Below are positions 62,201-64,000 of a DNA stretch of 64,000 nucleotides, in pieces. A program made the translations under genes and the position numbers. Where the stretch lies: contig CAWHOE010000053.1 of the NCBI GenBank assembly GCA_963830915.1, forward strand, positions 1 to 64,000, read 5' to 3'. The first letter of the stretch is position 1. Each line of letters begins with the position of its first letter. The DNA is from a candidate division FCPU426 bacterium. Lineage in GTDB: Bacteria; Oederibacteriota; Muellerivitia; Muellerivitales; Muellerivitaceae. The notes beneath the pieces were generated by a model. The model was not told where the DNA came from and ran no database searches. It was given only the letters and a program-made list of their open reading frames with translations.

Positions 62201-62610
62201 CATTTACACCAACCGCGACCCATACATTTACCTGGACCTTTACAGCCACTCAAACCAACAGTCCGACCCTTTCCCCAACCTTTACCACAACCTTCAGCCC
62301 GACCTTTACGTCCAGCGATACCCCGGTGCCACAATCGGTCCCAGTGATCTATCCCAACCCCGCGGATGGAACCAAACCAGTTATGGTCCGACCGCCTTAC
62401 TATTACGGTTCCTCGAATGTCAAGGTCCAGCTCTTCACCCTTGGCTTCCGGAAAGTAGCTGAAATTACCGCTAAGAACATACCTTGGGGAACAGATGTTC
62501 CTTTGGACCTGGTCGACCGCTGGAATAAAACCCTGGCCAACGGTTTGTATTATGTTTTGGTGACCACCTCCAACGGTCGGACCATCGGGAAACTACTCCT
62601 CCTTAGGTAA
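59287..62610 (+). CDS. Secreted glycoside hydrolase family 5 with a CBM/CIA30-like domain, a long Thr/Ser/Pro stalk and a C-terminal Ig-like domain
   Basis: LRGVN, IRLP, VILDLH, acid/base LYNEPH, H.Y, nucleophile IGEFG. Confidence 0.9.
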   Translation: MGISISKNYLGSEKRFFDRFFYILSTIRTILLCLSVACLFFLTTPYLALADPPMLKISGNQIVNASTSCTVRLRGVNVSGLEHGVDNAAVGGVTATAAYCISNWKCNYIRLPLDQDRWFFFPYSYRTLVDSVVNLCSANNCYVILDLHWSGTASAASTPPYGTGWGTATAVNNNGNVLDMPDSNSTTFWSDVANRYKNNPAVLFDLYNEPHDVSAGVWKTGGSGNFGYTPGFQNLLTSVRATGANNICIVGGLQWAYDFTGLLPGSALTDTGNGVLYDGHIYASKGESTASWDAYITNFANNYAFMIGEFGPGPSSGSMSDGGTFDNVFIPWANGSNQRSYVYSATAWSMDVAPDDPPLLTSWTGFAPTSYHGTQVMNWLATANTSCAPALGGPTYTPTPVPTQGNCFMLSDLENGSKTTPYAVNALNGKWFTFRWTTDGNGNPLTPTHSTVMCPDTQSACPAILDNTTSVSPGSYSAYVSGSYDLNGTSTPATYSGFGLATEFPPGYTDLSWVTNVSFYIKTTVAPVTLRLQASNPQINQQPVTWNGTVYPGGGNGNQYGFNFVVTQPNVWTYITRPLSAFEWQDWGEGGGSSPINGPKNSSGTLITQPTAFSDVLSFQWETQDGPTTVAWWIDNVCLSGSPYPITPTPSAVPSTSTFTPTPTPTFTSTRTNSPTNTATSTYTKTGTPTPTPTFTVPLTPTPTNTATSTSSPSSTATSTNTMTHTPTSTSTSTSTLGNTSTYTMTVTPTSTLQFTSTNSFTSTPTSSPTQTSTNSRTNTTTPTSTPTSTRTSTLTPTPSNTSTPTPANTNTFTSTGTSTPTFQFSPTSSDTPTITFSPTLTLTPTNSRTSTSTPTFSPSSTSTSTATYTSTPVDTSTPTSTSTFTRTGTPTSTSSLTPTRSSTMTATWTLSATSTGTATPTLSPTLTLSPTSTYSPTNTFTLTFTSTSTLSPTYTSTPTHTFTYTPTLSPTFTPTATHTFTWTFTATQTNSPTLSPTFTTTFSPTFTSSDTPVPQSVPVIYPNPADGTKPVMVRPPYYYGSSNVKVQLFTLGFRKVAEITAKNIPWGTDVPLDLVDRWNKTLANGLYYVLVTTSNGRTIGKLLLLR

Positions 62611-62668
62611 TAAGTTTTTTCAATAAGCGCAACCTACTCTTTCTCCCTTTTCTGCCGTTAGGAATGCC

Positions 62669-64000
62669 ATGTTATCGTCCCGCTCCCTGACCGTTCTGGC
62701 CCTATTTTCTCTTTTCACGGTTCATCGTGCCTTTGCCGGGATCGCCAACCAAGGCACTGAGTTTTGGGTCACCTTTCCACAGGGTATCAGCGCGACCGAT
62801 CTACAATTATTCATCACGAGTGAACCTGGAGCCTCTGTCACCGCACAAGCCCCGGGCTTTAATACCACCGCGTCCCTGGCTCCCAACGGAGCAGCCACCG
62901 TTCTTGTCCCCTCCAGCCTCCAAGACACAATGACCGATGGGATCCAATCCATTGGCATTCACGTGACTGCGTCCGACAAGATCTCTCTTTACGGCTTCAA
63001 TTACACCGCTCAGGCTTCCGACGGGTACCTGGCCCTGCCGGTGGAGGCTCTGGGGACCAGCTACCTCGTATCCTCCTATTACAACCAGACCTACCAAGGG
63101 GAAAACGAGTTGGGAAGCGAATTCGACGTGGTGGCCACACAGGATTGCACCCATCTGCTCATCACTCCCCGCATAGCCGTGGGAAGCCATCCAGCCAACA
63201 TTACCTATGGGGTGTCGTTGGACCAGGGCCAGGTCTATCAGCTTCAAGACAACATGATCGATGACGACCTCACTGGCACCCTGGTGATTTCAGATAACCC
63301 AGTGGCGGTCATAGGCGGACACCTCTGCGATTATGTCCCTCTCTATACCCCTTCTTGTAATTTCCTGGTGGAGGAGTTCTGGCCCCTGCAATGGTGGGGC
63401 ACGCGTTTTGTCACTATGCCCCTTTACTCCCGGTCGAACGGGGATACTTTCCGAGTCTTGGCCTCGGCCAACGATACCGGAGTGACCATGAATGGTTCCC
63501 TGGTAAGCATACTGAACCAGGGCAAGTTCTACGAAACCATTTCCAACGTGCCCCTCTATATCACCGCCAATAACCCGATCTATGTGGTCCAGTACGCCAA
63601 TGGACAAACCTGGGACAGCGACGCCAACGCCGATCCCACCATGATCTCCATCCCGCCATTGAACGAGTTCGCCAGCGACTACCTGGTGGCCAATGAGTCC
63701 CTAAATTTTACGGGCAATTATGAGAACATCGTAGCCCCCACCACCGCCGTGGCTTCCATCACTATCGACGGCACGAATTTTCCCTCCGCCGATTGGACCG
63801 CCATCGGATCTAGCGGATATTCCGGCATCCAGCTTTCTTTTTCCCCAGGGGCCCAGTATTCGACCGGTCCCGTCCCCTTTGGTGTGATAGCTTATGGTTT
63901 CGGTTCCGCGGACGCCTACGGCTACCCCGGCGGAGTCTCCTTCACCAGTAATACCCCTGTCCCCACCAATACTCCAGGCGCTCCCTGTTACACTCTCACC
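62669..64000 (+). CDS. Secreted IgGFc-binding-domain-like protein (partial, runs off the window)
   Basis: Own translation from ATG 62669: signal peptide, GTEFWVTF, SDGYLALPV..LGT.Y, VVATQD.T, WG..F, DP.M..IPP, YG.P.G, then a T/P linker begins. Confidence 0.8.
   Translation, partial: MLSSRSLTVLALFSLFTVHRAFAGIANQGTEFWVTFPQGISATDLQLFITSEPGASVTAQAPGFNTTASLAPNGAATVLVPSSLQDTMTDGIQSIGIHVTASDKISLYGFNYTAQASDGYLALPVEALGTSYLVSSYYNQTYQGENELGSEFDVVATQDCTHLLITPRIAVGSHPANITYGVSLDQGQVYQLQDNMIDDDLTGTLVISDNPVAVIGGHLCDYVPLYTPSCNFLVEEFWPLQWWGTRFVTMPLYSRSNGDTFRVLASANDTGVTMNGSLVSILNQGKFYETISNVPLYITANNPIYVVQYANGQTWDSDANADPTMISIPPLNEFASDYLVANESLNFTGNYENIVAPTTAVASITIDGTNFPSADWTAIGSSGYSGIQLSFSPGAQYSTGPVPFGVIAYGFGSADAYGYPGGVSFTSNTPVPTNTPGAPCYTLT

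Overview
Most of the window is a gene-dense, moderately GC-rich bacterial chromosome segment. Core genes are ilvD (truncated), hisG, rlmN, rpe, ffh and comM. Secreted proteins with Thr/Pro-rich stalks and a shared C-terminal Ig-like domain resemble my recollection of poorly known lineages such as FCPU426/Goldbacteria; this is inference only. Two blocks do not look bacterial and cut genes in half. The first, 1-~1737, is AT-rich with a 189-bp tandem repeat and a C-rich tract, and truncates ilvD. The second, ~18404-21632, is ORF-poor with microsatellites and replaces the end of a CHASE8-type sensor and the start of a TonB-dependent receptor. At least five single-base frameshifts also occur, so assembly or long-read artefacts are likely. 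The main biological feature is a ~22-kb minus-strand signalling island (12476-34730) between the PASTA gene and rpe. It encodes a 9-PAS histidine kinase, an NtrC-type sigma54 activator and a chemosensory pathway (CheA/W/R/B/D/Y, MCP, two CheX-like proteins, YfiR/TBDR/CHASE8). It also carries two sigma54 promoters with a shared candidate enhancer, two pseudo-receiver/receiver proteins, and three copies of an unrecognised ~100-aa helical domain, one fused to the CheA N-terminus. Other notable items are a Rieske/cytochrome b operon with a cytochrome c-fused CydA-like protein, a CxxC...PPP leader protein before an outer-membrane protein, and GH44, GH5 and IgGFc-binding-type secreted proteins.
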